A DNA stretch of 64,000 bases. It comes from Alphaproteobacteria bacterium. Its GTDB lineage: Bacteria > Pseudomonadota > Alphaproteobacteria > UBA7887. The number at the start of each line of letters is the position of its first letter. Position 1 is the first letter of the stretch. Both the position numbers and the translations under genes were made by a program. The notes under the pieces are model-generated. The model worked only from the letters and a program-made list of their open reading frames with translations. It made no database searches and had not been told where the DNA came from. Shown here in pieces: positions 43,868-53,472 of the stretch. The stretch is taken from NCBI GenBank assembly GCA_965214495.1, contig OZ243958.1, forward strand, positions 157,819 to 221,818. The letters run 5' to 3'.

Positions 43868-44515
43868 TCAACAAGGCTTTCCCGGATCATCGCCGCCAGG
43901 CGGCGAAGTTTCATCCGTAATTCGCTCCCGGGCCGCGAAGGCGGCGTAGTCCGCTGGTGTATCGACGTCGAACGAAAGGTTCGAGTGATCGACCGTCACC
44001 GCACGCCAGCCGCAACGCGCGGCCTCCGCGGCATGGGCGGCGGCGCTGTCCACCCCGAAGCGAAAACGAAAGTCCCCGGCCGCCGGTAGCACCAGCGCAT
44101 TGGTACCCCGGCGCGCCCGGTCGCGCGCGATGACCAGCACTTCCGGTGCCGTGCGGGCGACAAGGAGACGGTCGATATCTTGGGGGGTGAGAAACGGCAG
44201 ATCGCTTGCCAGTATGACCAGCGTTTCCGCGCCGCCGCAGCGGGCGGCCCGCCGCGCCTGGTCGAGTGCCTCATTGAGTCCGCTGCCGGTCTGCGCCAGC
44301 GCTCCTGCCCCGCACGCGCGGGCGCACACGCGCGCGTCCGCGCCGTCGCTGATCACCACGATGTCGGCGGGCTCGACGCAGCGTGTCGCGGTCGCCAGCG
44401 TCTGCCGGAGGAACCGGCGGTTCAGCGTCCGTCTCCGGCTATCGTCGAGCACGGCCGCTAAACGCGATTTGCCGCGCGCCAGCGTCTTGACCGGAACGAT
44501 CAAGCGCAGGCTCAT
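43868..44515 (-). CDS. cofC: 2-phospho-L-lactate (or related) guanylyltransferase CofC/FbiD
   Basis: VPVK.L..GKSRL...L....R..L...FL..TL, D.P.L...DID.L and its position after cofD support the call. 215 aa. An ATGA-type overlap links it to cofD. Confidence 0.75.
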   Translation of the reverse strand: MSLRLIVPVKTLARGKSRLAAVLDDSRRRTLNRRFLRQTLATATRCVEPADIVVISDGADARVCARACGAGALAQTGSGLNEALDQARRAARCGGAETLVILASDLPFLTPQDIDRLLVARTAPEVLVIARDRARRGTNALVLPAAGDFRFRFGVDSAAAHAAEAARCGWRAVTVDHSNLSFDVDTPADYAAFAARERITDETSPPGGDDPGKPC

Positions 44516-45447
44516 GACCCGGCGATGTCGCGGGCGAGGCGCAAGGCGGTTTCGGCGACCCGAACGCTCGCGTCGACGTCGCGCATGATGGTGTCGGTCG
44601 CCGCTGTCGCCGTGCCGGGGAGGCGCAGACCTGCGTCGGCGTGGTCGATGACGAAGCCGTCGAGCAGAGCGCCATAGTAGCCGGCCACTCCTTCCGCAGT
44701 CGCAGCGTGGCCCAGGCTGCGCATCACCGCGGCGGCCGGCCCCTTGACCGCCTTGCCGGCGACGATCGGCGACACCGCGACTACCGGCGCGGGGTGTTGG
44801 TGCAGCGCCTCGCGGACACCGGGGATCGACAGGATCGGCTGGATGCTGAGCGGTGGGTTCGACGGGCAGATGACGATCGCATCCAGCGCCGACGAAGCCA
44901 GCGCCGCGGCGAAAGCAGGGCTCGGCCGGGCGTCCGCGGCACCGTCGAAAACAAGCGCCGCCACGGTCGGACGAGCGCGCAGCCGCACGAAATAGTCCTG
45001 AAAAGCCAGCCGCCCCTCTTCGCGCGTATCGACCAGCGTGCGCACCGGGTCGTCGCTCATGGGGGCGACAGGGTGCGCGATTCCGAAGCGCCGCGCGAGG
45101 GCCGTCGTGACAGCGCTGAGTGTCTTCCCGGCGTCCAGGCGGCGCGTGCGTTCCAGGTGCGTGGCGATATCCTTGTCGCCGAGTCGAAACCAGGTCTCTC
45201 CGTCCAGCGCTTCGAGCGCTGCCATCACGTTCCACGACTCGCTCGCGAGGCCCCAGCCGGTCACCGGATCCTCACGCCCGGCAAGCGTATAGGTGACGGT
45301 GTCGATATCGGGCGAGATACACAGGCCGAGATGGCGAAAATCGTCACCGGTATTGACCACGATCAGGAGGTCGTCGGGCGGCAGGACCCGCGCCAGCCCG
45401 CGCGCGAGCCGTGCGCCGCCGACCCCTCCCGCCAGGGTCAGAATCAT
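44512..45447 (-). CDS. cofD: 2-phospho-L-lactate transferase CofD/FbiA
   Basis: LAGGVGGARL..GL, VVNTGDDF.H.GL.ISPD.DTV.YTLAG, GWG...E.W and ICPSNP..SI.PIL..PG.REAL are present. Confidence 0.88.
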   Translation of the reverse strand: MILTLAGGVGGARLARGLARVLPPDDLLIVVNTGDDFRHLGLCISPDIDTVTYTLAGREDPVTGWGLASESWNVMAALEALDGETWFRLGDKDIATHLERTRRLDAGKTLSAVTTALARRFGIAHPVAPMSDDPVRTLVDTREEGRLAFQDYFVRLRARPTVAALVFDGAADARPSPAFAAALASSALDAIVICPSNPPLSIQPILSIPGVREALHQHPAPVVAVSPIVAGKAVKGPAAAVMRSLGHAATAEGVAGYYGALLDGFVIDHADAGLRLPGTATAATDTIMRDVDASVRVAETALRLARDIAGS

Positions 45448-45456
45448 GCGGGCGGT

Positions 45457-46242
45457 CTATCGAAACAGGTCATGCTCGGCGGGGCGCAGCAATTCGTCGG
45501 CGCTGCCGTTGCGGCGGGCGTAGGGAACGCCGCGGGCGAGCACGACCGGGCGGCCCTCGTCGGCTTCGCCCATCGCCAGCGACGCGGCGGCGGCGATCTC
45601 GTCGGCGAGCGCCGTTTCGCTGACCCTCAGCGGCCGGCCGTGTAGATCGGGCCGAGCGCGCAGATCGACGACGCCCGGCACGCCGGCGACGCCGATCGCC
45701 AGTCCGACCGTTCCCATGCGCCACGGACGACCGACGCTGTCGCTGACGACCACCCCGACGTCGACGCCCCAGTGTCTCCGCAGGCCGGCGCGCAGCCGGG
45801 CGGCCGACGCATCCGGATCTTGAGGCCACAGCAATACGTCCTCGCCGGGAACGTTCGAGGCGTCGATCCCGGCATTGGCGAGAATCGCGCCCGAACGGTG
45901 AACGACGACAAGCACGCCGGCCTTGTATCGGAGCACCGAACGCGATTCGGACAGGATGAGTTCGACGAGGCGCGGGTCTTTCTCGACCTTCGCCGCCAGG
46001 TCGGCGGCGCGCGCGCCGGGAGTCACGTCGGAAAGCGAAACCGTGCGCCCTTCGGATTTCGAGACTGCCTTCTGTGCGGCGACGATCACGTCACGATCCA
46101 TCGGAGACACGCCGGAATCGGCGACCGCGTTCGCAACCACGGAAGCCAGATCGTCGCCCGCCGCGATCATCGGTATGCCGGCCAGCCCGATCAGCGTGAT
46201 CCTGGCGGGGTGCGCCGCAGGGCGCGCCGCCGGTTCAGCCAT
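45457..46242 (-). CDS. cofE: Coenzyme F420-0:L-glutamate ligase CofE
   Basis: GDDLA, V.V..QK.VSK.EGR, NAGID.SNV, DS.GRPWR.G.VG.AIG..G and LADE.AAAA.L.MGE..EG.PVV..RG are present. Confidence 0.85.
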   Translation of the reverse strand: MAEPAARPAAHPARITLIGLAGIPMIAAGDDLASVVANAVADSGVSPMDRDVIVAAQKAVSKSEGRTVSLSDVTPGARAADLAAKVEKDPRLVELILSESRSVLRYKAGVLVVVHRSGAILANAGIDASNVPGEDVLLWPQDPDASAARLRAGLRRHWGVDVGVVVSDSVGRPWRMGTVGLAIGVAGVPGVVDLRARPDLHGRPLRVSETALADEIAAAASLAMGEADEGRPVVLARGVPYARRNGSADELLRPAEHDLFR

Positions 46243-46891
46243 CGCCGACCCCGGTGATGCGAATCCCGGCGCCGGGCGTCTTGTGCCGTCGGTTGATGGC
46301 GATCAATACCGAGGTCAGGCCCTCGGCGACGACGGAGTTGACGATCGGTCCGGCGTGCCACGCGCGCAAGCCGATCGACGCCGCCAGCCCGATCACCGTT
46401 TCGCGCGCGGCGATGTCGTCGCCGCAGACCAGAACGTCGCAGTCAACCGCGCGGTCGAGCGCTGCGAGATGATGTGCCGAGACGTTCTGAAAAGCCGAGA
46501 CCACGCGTACCCCTTCGCCCAGTTCGGCTTGCAACGCCGCCACCGCCGAGCCGCCCTCGGGGAGCTGCACGCGCGCGACCCTCGGCGGCCTCAACGGCAC
46601 GGTGGCATCGACCAGAATCTTGCCGGCGAGCGTGTCCGCCACCGCCAGCGCGGTGTCGCGCTGCGCGGCGTAGGGCACGGTGAGCACGACCAGTTCCGCA
46701 CCCGCCGCGGCCTCGCGGTTCCCTGCGCCGGCGATCGCGTCGCGGCCCAGCGTGCGGTTCAGTTCGCCGGCGGCGGCAGCGGCGCGCGCAGCGTCGCGCG
46801 AGCCGATCGTCACCTCGTGGCCGGCGTCAGCGAAGCGCAGCGCAAGTCCGCGGCCTTCGGCGCCGGTGCCCCCGAGAACGGCGAGACGCAT
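46235..46891 (-). CDS. npdG: NADPH-dependent F420 reductase (NpdG/Fno family)
   Basis: MRLAVLGGTGAEGRGLALRFA.AGHEV.IGSRD..RA, V.L.VP and V.SAFQN.SA..L......D.DVLVCGDD..A are present. Start at ATG 46891. Confidence 0.8.
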   Translation of the reverse strand: MRLAVLGGTGAEGRGLALRFADAGHEVTIGSRDAARAAAAAGELNRTLGRDAIAGAGNREAAAGAELVVLTVPYAAQRDTALAVADTLAGKILVDATVPLRPPRVARVQLPEGGSAVAALQAELGEGVRVVSAFQNVSAHHLAALDRAVDCDVLVCGDDIAARETVIGLAASIGLRAWHAGPIVNSVVAEGLTSVLIAINRRHKTPGAGIRITGVGDG

Positions 46892-46901
46892 GGTCGCCGC
46901 G

Positions 46902-49319
46902 TTACGCCACCCGCCGAGCGCCGCGGCGCTCTGGCGGCGTTTGAACGACAGGCGCCAGCACCGCGGCCCGGTAAGAGCGCGCGTGCTGGTCCTCAACCGG
47001 CGCGCCATACAGGGTAGTGCGCTGGCGTGGTTCGCGGCCCGCTTCTGTGATCGCCCGATCCATGCGTTCGGGCGGCATTTCCTGGCCGTGTTCGGTGCCG
47101 GCGGCGCGCGAGATACTCTCGTTCATCAAAGTTCCGCCCAGATCGTTGGCGCCGGCATCGAGACACGCCGCAAGGCCCCGCGGTCCCATCTTGACCCACG
47201 ACGCCTGGATGTTGACCACATGCGGATGCAACGCGAGCCGCGAAACCGCGTGCATCAGCACGGCTTCGCGGAAGGTGGGGCCTCGGCGCGCGCGCCCCTG
47301 GAGATAGATCGGTGCCGTCATGTGAACGAACGGCAGCGGCACGAACTCGGTGAAGCCGCCCGTTTCCGCCTGCAGGGTGCGCAGACGCGACAGATGCCGC
47401 GCCCACGACACCGGTGCTTCCATGTGGCCGAACATGATGGTTGCGGTGGTGCGCAAGCCGAGACGATGCGCGTGCTGCATCACCGACAGCCAGCCGTCGG
47501 TATCGATCTTGTCGGGGCAAAGCACGGCGCGCACCTCGTCGTCGAGTATCTCCGCGGCGGTGCCTGGCAGGGTTCCGAGGCCCGCATCGCGCAAGAGGGC
47601 CAGAAACTCCGGTATGGTGCGCCCGGAGGTGTGGGCGCCCTGCGCGATCTCCAGCGGCGAGAAGGCATGGACATGCATGTCCGGCAACGCCGTTTTCACC
47701 GCGCGCACCAGCGCGACATAGGTATCGCCGGTGTAGTCGGGGTGAATTCCGCCCTGCATACAGACCTCGGTCGCACCGCGCTGCCACGCTTCGCGAGCGC
47801 GGCGCACCACCTCCCCGATCGCCAGGTCGTAGGGTTCGCCGCGCAGGCCGTCCGACAGCCTGCCCTTCGAGAAGGCGCAGAAGCGGCACTTGAAGTAGCA
47901 GATGTTGGTGTAGTTGATATTGCGGTTGACGACATAGGTCACGGTATCGCCGACGACCGCCCGCCGCAGTTCGTCGGCAGCGGCGCAGACCGCGTGGTAG
48001 TCCGGCCCGCGCGCCGCGAACAGGCGCGCGATTTCGGCTTCTCCGTAATCGCCCGGCCGCGCGCACAGCCGCGCGACCGCCGGGTCGATGCGTGCGACGG
48101 CGGGGCGCTTCGGTATGTCGGTCGCGGCCGGCGTGTCGGGCCTGCCCGGCGACCAATCGTCGACGCGCGCGAACCCCTCCGAATCGGCGCCCCGGACCAC
48201 TCGCCGCTCCAGCGATGGATCGATCCAGCGGTCGGAAGCCCGGACGTAGCGTGGATACACGGCGAGGCGTTCGACCAGCCGAAATCCCGCCCGCTCCGTC
48301 CGTTCCGCCAGATCGGCCAGATGCGGCCAAGGCGCTTCGGGATTGACGTGGTCGGGGGTGACCGGCGAGACACCGCCCCAGTCGTCCAGTCCGGCGCCGA
48401 GCAAGCGGTCGTATGCGCCGGCGCTGAGGTTTGGCGGCGCCTGGACGCTGGCATCCGCGCCGAACGCGACGCGGGCGGCGGCGATAGTCCAGATCAAATC
48501 GGCGAGGTCGGGTTCGGGCGCGCCCGCCATCTGCGTATCCGGCTTGGCACGGAAGTTCTGGACGATGATCTCCTGCAAGTGACCGTGTTCGCGATGCAGG
48601 CGGCGCAGCGCCAGGATTGTGTCGATGCGTTCGGCACGGGTCTCGCCGATGCCGATCAACAGGCCGGAAGTGAACGGGACTTGCGCCGCACCCGCCGCGG
48701 CGATGGTCGCGAGTCGAACCGCGGGCCGCTTGTCGGGCGAGCCGAAGTGCGGCCCGCCCCGTTCGCACAGGCGTTCGGACGCGCTTTCGAGCATCAGCCC
48801 CTGGCTCACCGAGACCTTGCGCAAGACGGCGATATCGCCGGTGCTCATCACGCCGGGATTGACGTGCGGGAGCAACGAGGTTTCGGCAAGCACGAGGGCG
48901 CACATCTCGGCGAGATAGGAGAGGGTGGATTCGTGCCCGAGTGCATCCAGCGCGCGCCGCGCCGCCGCGTAGCGTGCCTCCGGCCGGTCGCCGAGCGTGA
49001 ACAGCGCTTCCCGGCATCCCGCACGCTCGCCGGCGCGGGCGATCGCCAGCACCTCGTCGGCGCTCAGATAGGCCGCCCGGCCGACCCCGGGGGTTTCCGC
49101 GAACGTGCAGTAATGACACACGTCGCGGCACAATTTGGTGAGCGGAATAAAGACCTTGCGCGAATACGACACAACGTTGCCGTGGCCCTCGTCGCGCAGG
49201 CGCGCGGCGGCGCGGACGAGTGCCGCATGATCCGCCGCGAGCAACAGGCAGCGGGTCCGCAGGTCGGGCCAGTCCGCGACTTCGCCGGGCGCCTCGCGCA
49301 GAACCGCAAGGTCACTCAT
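46902..49319 (-). CDS. fbiC: Bifunctional FO (7,8-didemethyl-8-hydroxy-5-deazariboflavin) synthase FbiC (CofG and CofH domains)
   Basis: Two radical-SAM halves each carry a CxxxCxxC cluster motif ([10 protein letters not shown] and [10 protein letters not shown]). The length of about 805 aa is typical of fused CofG-CofH. Start at ATG 49319 (MSDLAVL...); 49343 is possible. Confidence 0.88.
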   Translation of the reverse strand: MSDLAVLREAPGEVADWPDLRTRCLLLAADHAALVRAAARLRDEGHGNVVSYSRKVFIPLTKLCRDVCHYCTFAETPGVGRAAYLSADEVLAIARAGERAGCREALFTLGDRPEARYAAARRALDALGHESTLSYLAEMCALVLAETSLLPHVNPGVMSTGDIAVLRKVSVSQGLMLESASERLCERGGPHFGSPDKRPAVRLATIAAAGAAQVPFTSGLLIGIGETRAERIDTILALRRLHREHGHLQEIIVQNFRAKPDTQMAGAPEPDLADLIWTIAAARVAFGADASVQAPPNLSAGAYDRLLGAGLDDWGGVSPVTPDHVNPEAPWPHLADLAERTERAGFRLVERLAVYPRYVRASDRWIDPSLERRVVRGADSEGFARVDDWSPGRPDTPAATDIPKRPAVARIDPAVARLCARPGDYGEAEIARLFAARGPDYHAVCAAADELRRAVVGDTVTYVVNRNINYTNICYFKCRFCAFSKGRLSDGLRGEPYDLAIGEVVRRAREAWQRGATEVCMQGGIHPDYTGDTYVALVRAVKTALPDMHVHAFSPLEIAQGAHTSGRTIPEFLALLRDAGLGTLPGTAAEILDDEVRAVLCPDKIDTDGWLSVMQHAHRLGLRTTATIMFGHMEAPVSWARHLSRLRTLQAETGGFTEFVPLPFVHMTAPIYLQGRARRGPTFREAVLMHAVSRLALHPHVVNIQASWVKMGPRGLAACLDAGANDLGGTLMNESISRAAGTEHGQEMPPERMDRAITEAGREPRQRTTLYGAPVEDQHARSYRAAVLAPVVQTPPERRGARRVA

Positions 49320-49551
49320 CGCACCGCACTCCCTTCGGGGCATCTTCGGCGCGCGGATATTCCCGAACCCGCCGCAGCGGGTCAACCCGTCGCTTCCGCG
49401 CCGTCCGCTATCCGATCCCGTCGGGGGCCAACCCTTGGCGGACGAAAAGCCGCCGGGTAGGTTGCTGCGGAGGGACCGGCGAGGGTTCGCTTTTTCCGCT
49501 ACCGCGGACGGAAACCCGCCGATTTTATCCACGATCTCCGAGGACACAGCG

Positions 49552-50721
49552 ATGGCGTTCGGGTTGAGCGATGAACGGACCGCGTTCCGCGACGCCGCGC
49601 GCCGGTTCGCTGCCGCCGAAATGGCGCCTCATGCGGCCGCGTGGGACGAAGACTGTGTGTTCCCGGTCGAAACGCTGCGCCGGGCCGCGGCGCTCGGCTT
49701 CGCCGGAATCTATTGCGACGCCGCGCATGGCGGCTCCGGCCTCGGCCGACTCGACGCGACCGTGATCTTCGAGGAACTCGCCGCCGCCTGCCCTTCGACC
49801 GCGGCCTATATCTCGATCCACAACATGGCGGCGTGGATGGTCGACGCCTTTGGCGACGACGCGCAACGGGCACGCTGGTTGCCCGACCTCGCGGCGATGA
49901 ACCGGTTTGCCGCCTATTGCCTGACCGAACCGGGGGCTGGCTCCGATGCCGCGAGCCTGACGACGCGCGCCCGGCGCGACGGCGATTCCTACGTGCTGAA
50001 CGGCAGCAAGGCCTTCATCTCGGGTGGCGGTCGCGCCGATCTTTATGTCTGTATGGTGCGCACCGGCGGCATGGTGCGCACCGGCGGCGACGGACCTCGA
50101 GGCATCAGTTGTCTGGCGGTCGAACGCGATTCGCCCGGCCTGTCGTTCGGTCGCCAGGAACGCAAACTGGGCTGGCATTCCCAGCCCACCGCGGCGGTGA
50201 TCTTCGAGGATTGCCGGGTGCCGGCGCGCAATCGCATCGGTCCCGAAGGCGCGGGCTTCCGCATCGCCATGAAAGGGCTCGACGGCGGTCGCCTGAACAT
50301 CGCCGCGTGCTCGATCGGCGGTGCGCGTGCGGCGCTGGAAGCTGCGCGCGGCCACGTGCTCGCGCGCCGGCAGTTCGGCCGCGGACTCGCCGATTTCCAG
50401 GCGCTGCGGTTCAAACTCGCCGACATGGCGACCGAACTGGCCGCGGCACGGGCGCTGCTTCGCGAGGCGGCGGCGAAGCTCGACGCCGGCGCTCCCGACG
50501 CGACCGCATTCTGCGCCATGGCCAAGCGTTTCGCCACCGACGCCGGCTTCCGGGTCTGCAACGAGGCGTTGCAACTGCACGGCGGCTACGGTTATCTGCG
50601 CGACTATCCGGTCGAACGGATCCTGCGCGACCTGCGGGTGCATCAGATCCTCGAGGGCACCAACGAGATCATGCGCGTGATCGTCGCCCGGCACCTGCTT
50701 GAAGGGGATCTCGCGCCATGA
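49552..50721 (+). CDS. Acyl-CoA dehydrogenase (isobutyryl-CoA dehydrogenase-like)
   Basis: [26 protein letters not shown]......DMA and LQ.HGGYGY...YP.ER..RD.R...I.EGTNEI are present. The gene is followed by valine-catabolism genes. It contains an in-frame 18-bp tandem duplication ([12 protein letters not shown]). Confidence 0.85.
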   Translation: MAFGLSDERTAFRDAARRFAAAEMAPHAAAWDEDCVFPVETLRRAAALGFAGIYCDAAHGGSGLGRLDATVIFEELAAACPSTAAYISIHNMAAWMVDAFGDDAQRARWLPDLAAMNRFAAYCLTEPGAGSDAASLTTRARRDGDSYVLNGSKAFISGGGRADLYVCMVRTGGMVRTGGDGPRGISCLAVERDSPGLSFGRQERKLGWHSQPTAAVIFEDCRVPARNRIGPEGAGFRIAMKGLDGGRLNIAACSIGGARAALEAARGHVLARRQFGRGLADFQALRFKLADMATELAAARALLREAAAKLDAGAPDATAFCAMAKRFATDAGFRVCNEALQLHGGYGYLRDYPVERILRDLRVHQILEGTNEIMRVIVARHLLEGDLAP

Positions 50722-51767
50722 CACGGGGCACGCCCGAAGTGCGGTTCGATGTCGCACGCGGTGTCGGCCGCGTCACGCTCGACCGCCCCCGCGCTCTCAA
50801 CGCGCTGACGCTGGGTATGGTGCGCGCGATGGATGCGCAGTTGCGCATTTGGGCCGACGATCCCGACGTTCGCGAAGTGCTGATTCAGGGCGCGGGGTCG
50901 CGCGCCTTCTGCGCCGGCGGCGATATTCGCACGCTCTACGATCAGGGCAAGACCCGCGACGACGGGGCAGACTATCCGGCGCATTTCTTCCGTGAGGAGT
51001 TCCGCCTCAACCGCTTGATCAGGCGCTATCCCAAACCCTACGTGGCTTTGCTCGACGGCATCACGATGGGGGGCGGGGTAGGCGTTTCGGTGCACGGCGA
51101 TTTCCGCGTCGCCACGCCGCGCACCAATTTCGCCATGCCGGAAACCGGGATCGGCTATTTCCCCGATGTCGGCGGCGGTTATTTCCTCGCCCATTGCAAC
51201 GGCCATGTCGGGCGGTATCTGGCGTTGACCGGGGCGCGGGTCGGCCCGGCTGACGCGCTCCGTATCGGCGCCGCTACCCACTATGTGGACGACGAGGCGA
51301 TGGCCGGGTTTCTCGAACAGGTCGGCACCGCGCCCTCGCACGTCCTGCTCGACGCGCTGGCGCGCGACCCGGGGCCCGCGCTGCTGGCGCGTTCGGCGCC
51401 CGCGATCGCGCGTTGCTTCGGCGGCGCCGATGTCGACTCGATCCTTGCCGCGCTCGAGGACGACGGCGGCGCCTGGGCCGGCGAAACCCTCGCCGCGCTG
51501 CGCGTCAAGTCGCCGACCAGCGTCAAAGTGACGTTCCGTCTGCTCCAGGAGGCGCACGGCCTCGACTTCGAGGCCGGTCTGGTCATGGAATACCGCGTCG
51601 CGCAGCGTTTCATGTCCACGAACGATTTCTTCGAGGGCGTGCGCGCATTGCTGGTCGACAAGGACGGGGCGCCGAACTGGGCCCCGGCGCGCATCGAGGA
51701 TGTGGACGAAGCGTCGGTCGCCGCGTTCTTTGCGCCCCTGCGCTGGGGCGAACTCGATTTCGACTGA
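50718..51767 (+). CDS. 3-hydroxyisobutyryl-CoA hydrolase (enoyl-CoA hydratase/isomerase family)
   Basis: LDRP.ALNAL...M......[39 protein letters not shown] and PE..IG.FPDVGG..FL are present. 349 aa. Confidence 0.85.
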   Translation: MTRGTPEVRFDVARGVGRVTLDRPRALNALTLGMVRAMDAQLRIWADDPDVREVLIQGAGSRAFCAGGDIRTLYDQGKTRDDGADYPAHFFREEFRLNRLIRRYPKPYVALLDGITMGGGVGVSVHGDFRVATPRTNFAMPETGIGYFPDVGGGYFLAHCNGHVGRYLALTGARVGPADALRIGAATHYVDDEAMAGFLEQVGTAPSHVLLDALARDPGPALLARSAPAIARCFGGADVDSILAALEDDGGAWAGETLAALRVKSPTSVKVTFRLLQEAHGLDFEAGLVMEYRVAQRFMSTNDFFEGVRALLVDKDGAPNWAPARIEDVDEASVAAFFAPLRWGELDFD

Positions 51768-51782
51768 TTACCGGGGGCGAAC

Positions 51783-52706
51783 ATGCGTATCGGCTTCATC
51801 GGCGTCGGCAATATGGGCGGACCCATGGCCTGCAGGCTGCTCGATGCCGGGCATGACGTGACCGTGTTCGATACGGACGACCGCGCGGCGGCCGCACTGT
51901 CGGACGGCGGCGCGCGCGTCGCCGGCGGTGCCGTCGCCGCGACCACGGGCATGGAATACGTCATTACGATGCTGCCGACCGCCCGTGAAGTGCGCGCGGT
52001 TTACGACGACGTAATCCCCGCCGCCGATGAGGGTGCGTTGCTGATCGACTGCTCGACGATCGACGTGGCGGCGGCGCGCGCGGTCGGTGACGCAGCGGCG
52101 GCGCGCGGTCTGGCGATGCTCGACGCGCCGGTATCGGGCGGCGTCGCCGGCGCCGAGGCGGGCGTGCTGACCTTCATGGTGGGCGGCGCGCCGCAGGCAT
52201 TCGCCCGCGCCGAACCGATCCTGCGCGCGATGGGCCGCAAGATCGTTCACGCCGGCGCCAGCGGCAACGGTCAGGCGGCCAAGATCTGCAACAACATGAT
52301 CCTCGGCATCTCGATGATCGCTTTGTCCGAAGCGTTTACGCTGGGCCAGGCGCTCGGCCTGTCCGCGCAACGCCTGTTCGACATCGCGTCGAATGCTTCG
52401 GGCAGTTGCTGGGCGATGCATAACCACCTGCCGGTCCCGGGCATCGTGGAAGCGGCGGCGGCGAACCGCGATTTCCGGCCCGGTTTCTCCACCGCGATGA
52501 TGCTGAAAGACCTGAAGCTGGCGCAGGCGGCGGCGCAGGAGGCCGGTGTCGGCACGCCGATGGGCGCGCAGGCCGCCGCCCTGTATGCCTTGTTCCACAA
52601 CGCCGGCAATGGCGGCCTCGACTATTCGGCAATCGTGAAACTGATCGCCGCGTCCCGGGCCCTGGCGGTATCGCCGGACGCGGAGACGGTGGAAGCGCCG
52701 TCGTGA
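51783..52706 (+). CDS. mmsB: 3-hydroxyisobutyrate dehydrogenase
   Basis: IGFIGVGNMGGPMA..L...GH.V.V.D, DAPVSGG..GA..G.LTFMVGG, G.G.AAKICNNM.LG and KDL.LA are present. Confidence 0.9.
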   Translation: MRIGFIGVGNMGGPMACRLLDAGHDVTVFDTDDRAAAALSDGGARVAGGAVAATTGMEYVITMLPTAREVRAVYDDVIPAADEGALLIDCSTIDVAAARAVGDAAAARGLAMLDAPVSGGVAGAEAGVLTFMVGGAPQAFARAEPILRAMGRKIVHAGASGNGQAAKICNNMILGISMIALSEAFTLGQALGLSAQRLFDIASNASGSCWAMHNHLPVPGIVEAAAANRDFRPGFSTAMMLKDLKLAQAAAQEAGVGTPMGAQAAALYALFHNAGNGGLDYSAIVKLIAASRALAVSPDAETVEAPS

Positions 52707-53206
52707 TGGCCGAGCTGCGATCCGTCGCCGGCGACACTGCGAACGGAGATCCGAAACAGGCGTTTCTGGACTGTATTCGCCTGATCGAGCGCCTGCACCG
52801 GCGTTTCCTCGATGTCGTGAAAGGGGAGCTAGACCGTCGCCGCATCGAAGACGTTAACAACGTTCAGGCCGTTCTGTTGAGCAATATCGGGAACGAGACG
52901 GTAACGGTCGGCGAGCTTACGCTGCGCGGTTACTACATGGGTTCGAACGTATCTTACAACGTCAAGAAGCTCGTGGAGAACGGTTATCTCTTGCAGGAGC
53001 GTTCCGCGCACGACCGCCGCATGGCGCGCATCAGCCTGAGCGACAAGGGCCGCGCCGTGGTTGCCGTGGTCGACGCCCTGTTCGCGCACAATGCGGGCGC
53101 CCTCGCCAAACAGGGTCTCGACGACCCGGCGCTGCGCGGCGTCACCGGCAGCCTGCGCGCGATCGAACGCTTCTGGACCGACTATCTCAACTACGGCTCG
53201 CGGTGA
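52703..53206 (+). CDS. MarR-family winged-helix transcriptional regulator
   Basis: Helix-turn-helix/wing region TVGELTLRGYYMGSNVSYNVKKLVENGYLLQERSAHDRRMARISLSDKGRAV. An ATGA-type overlap with mmsB suggests co-transcription. Confidence 0.7.
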   Translation: MMAELRSVAGDTANGDPKQAFLDCIRLIERLHRRFLDVVKGELDRRRIEDVNNVQAVLLSNIGNETVTVGELTLRGYYMGSNVSYNVKKLVENGYLLQERSAHDRRMARISLSDKGRAVVAVVDALFAHNAGALAKQGLDDPALRGVTGSLRAIERFWTDYLNYGSR

Positions 53207-53244
53207 ATCGAAGCGGAAACCCGCAGTCGGCGTATCTGCCGCCT

Positions 53245-53395
53245 CCCGGCCTCCGCGCCGCCGGCGCGGCCGGCCACGGTCTCTTGCGGAATCCGCTGTG
53301 CGGTCTGGACCGCGGTGACCATCGCCGCGATCGTCTTCGCCGCGCATTTCTGGGCCGATCCGAAAGGTTGCATGTTCCCGCCTTGCTACTGAGGG
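53245..53395 (+). repeat. Direct repeat copy A (start-less duplicate of the 3' end of the 56903-57304 gene)
   Basis: About 150 nt align by eye at about 88% identity with 57158-57307, including the stop codon. There is a 1-nt indel near the 5' edge, and no ATG/GTG/TTG upstream in frame. Confidence 0.85.
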
Positions 53396-53472
53396 CGCGG
53401 GCGCGCCGGACTCGCCTGATCGGCCCGGAGGACGGTGAACCGAACACGTCAGGGTAACCGGAGGACGCACCG

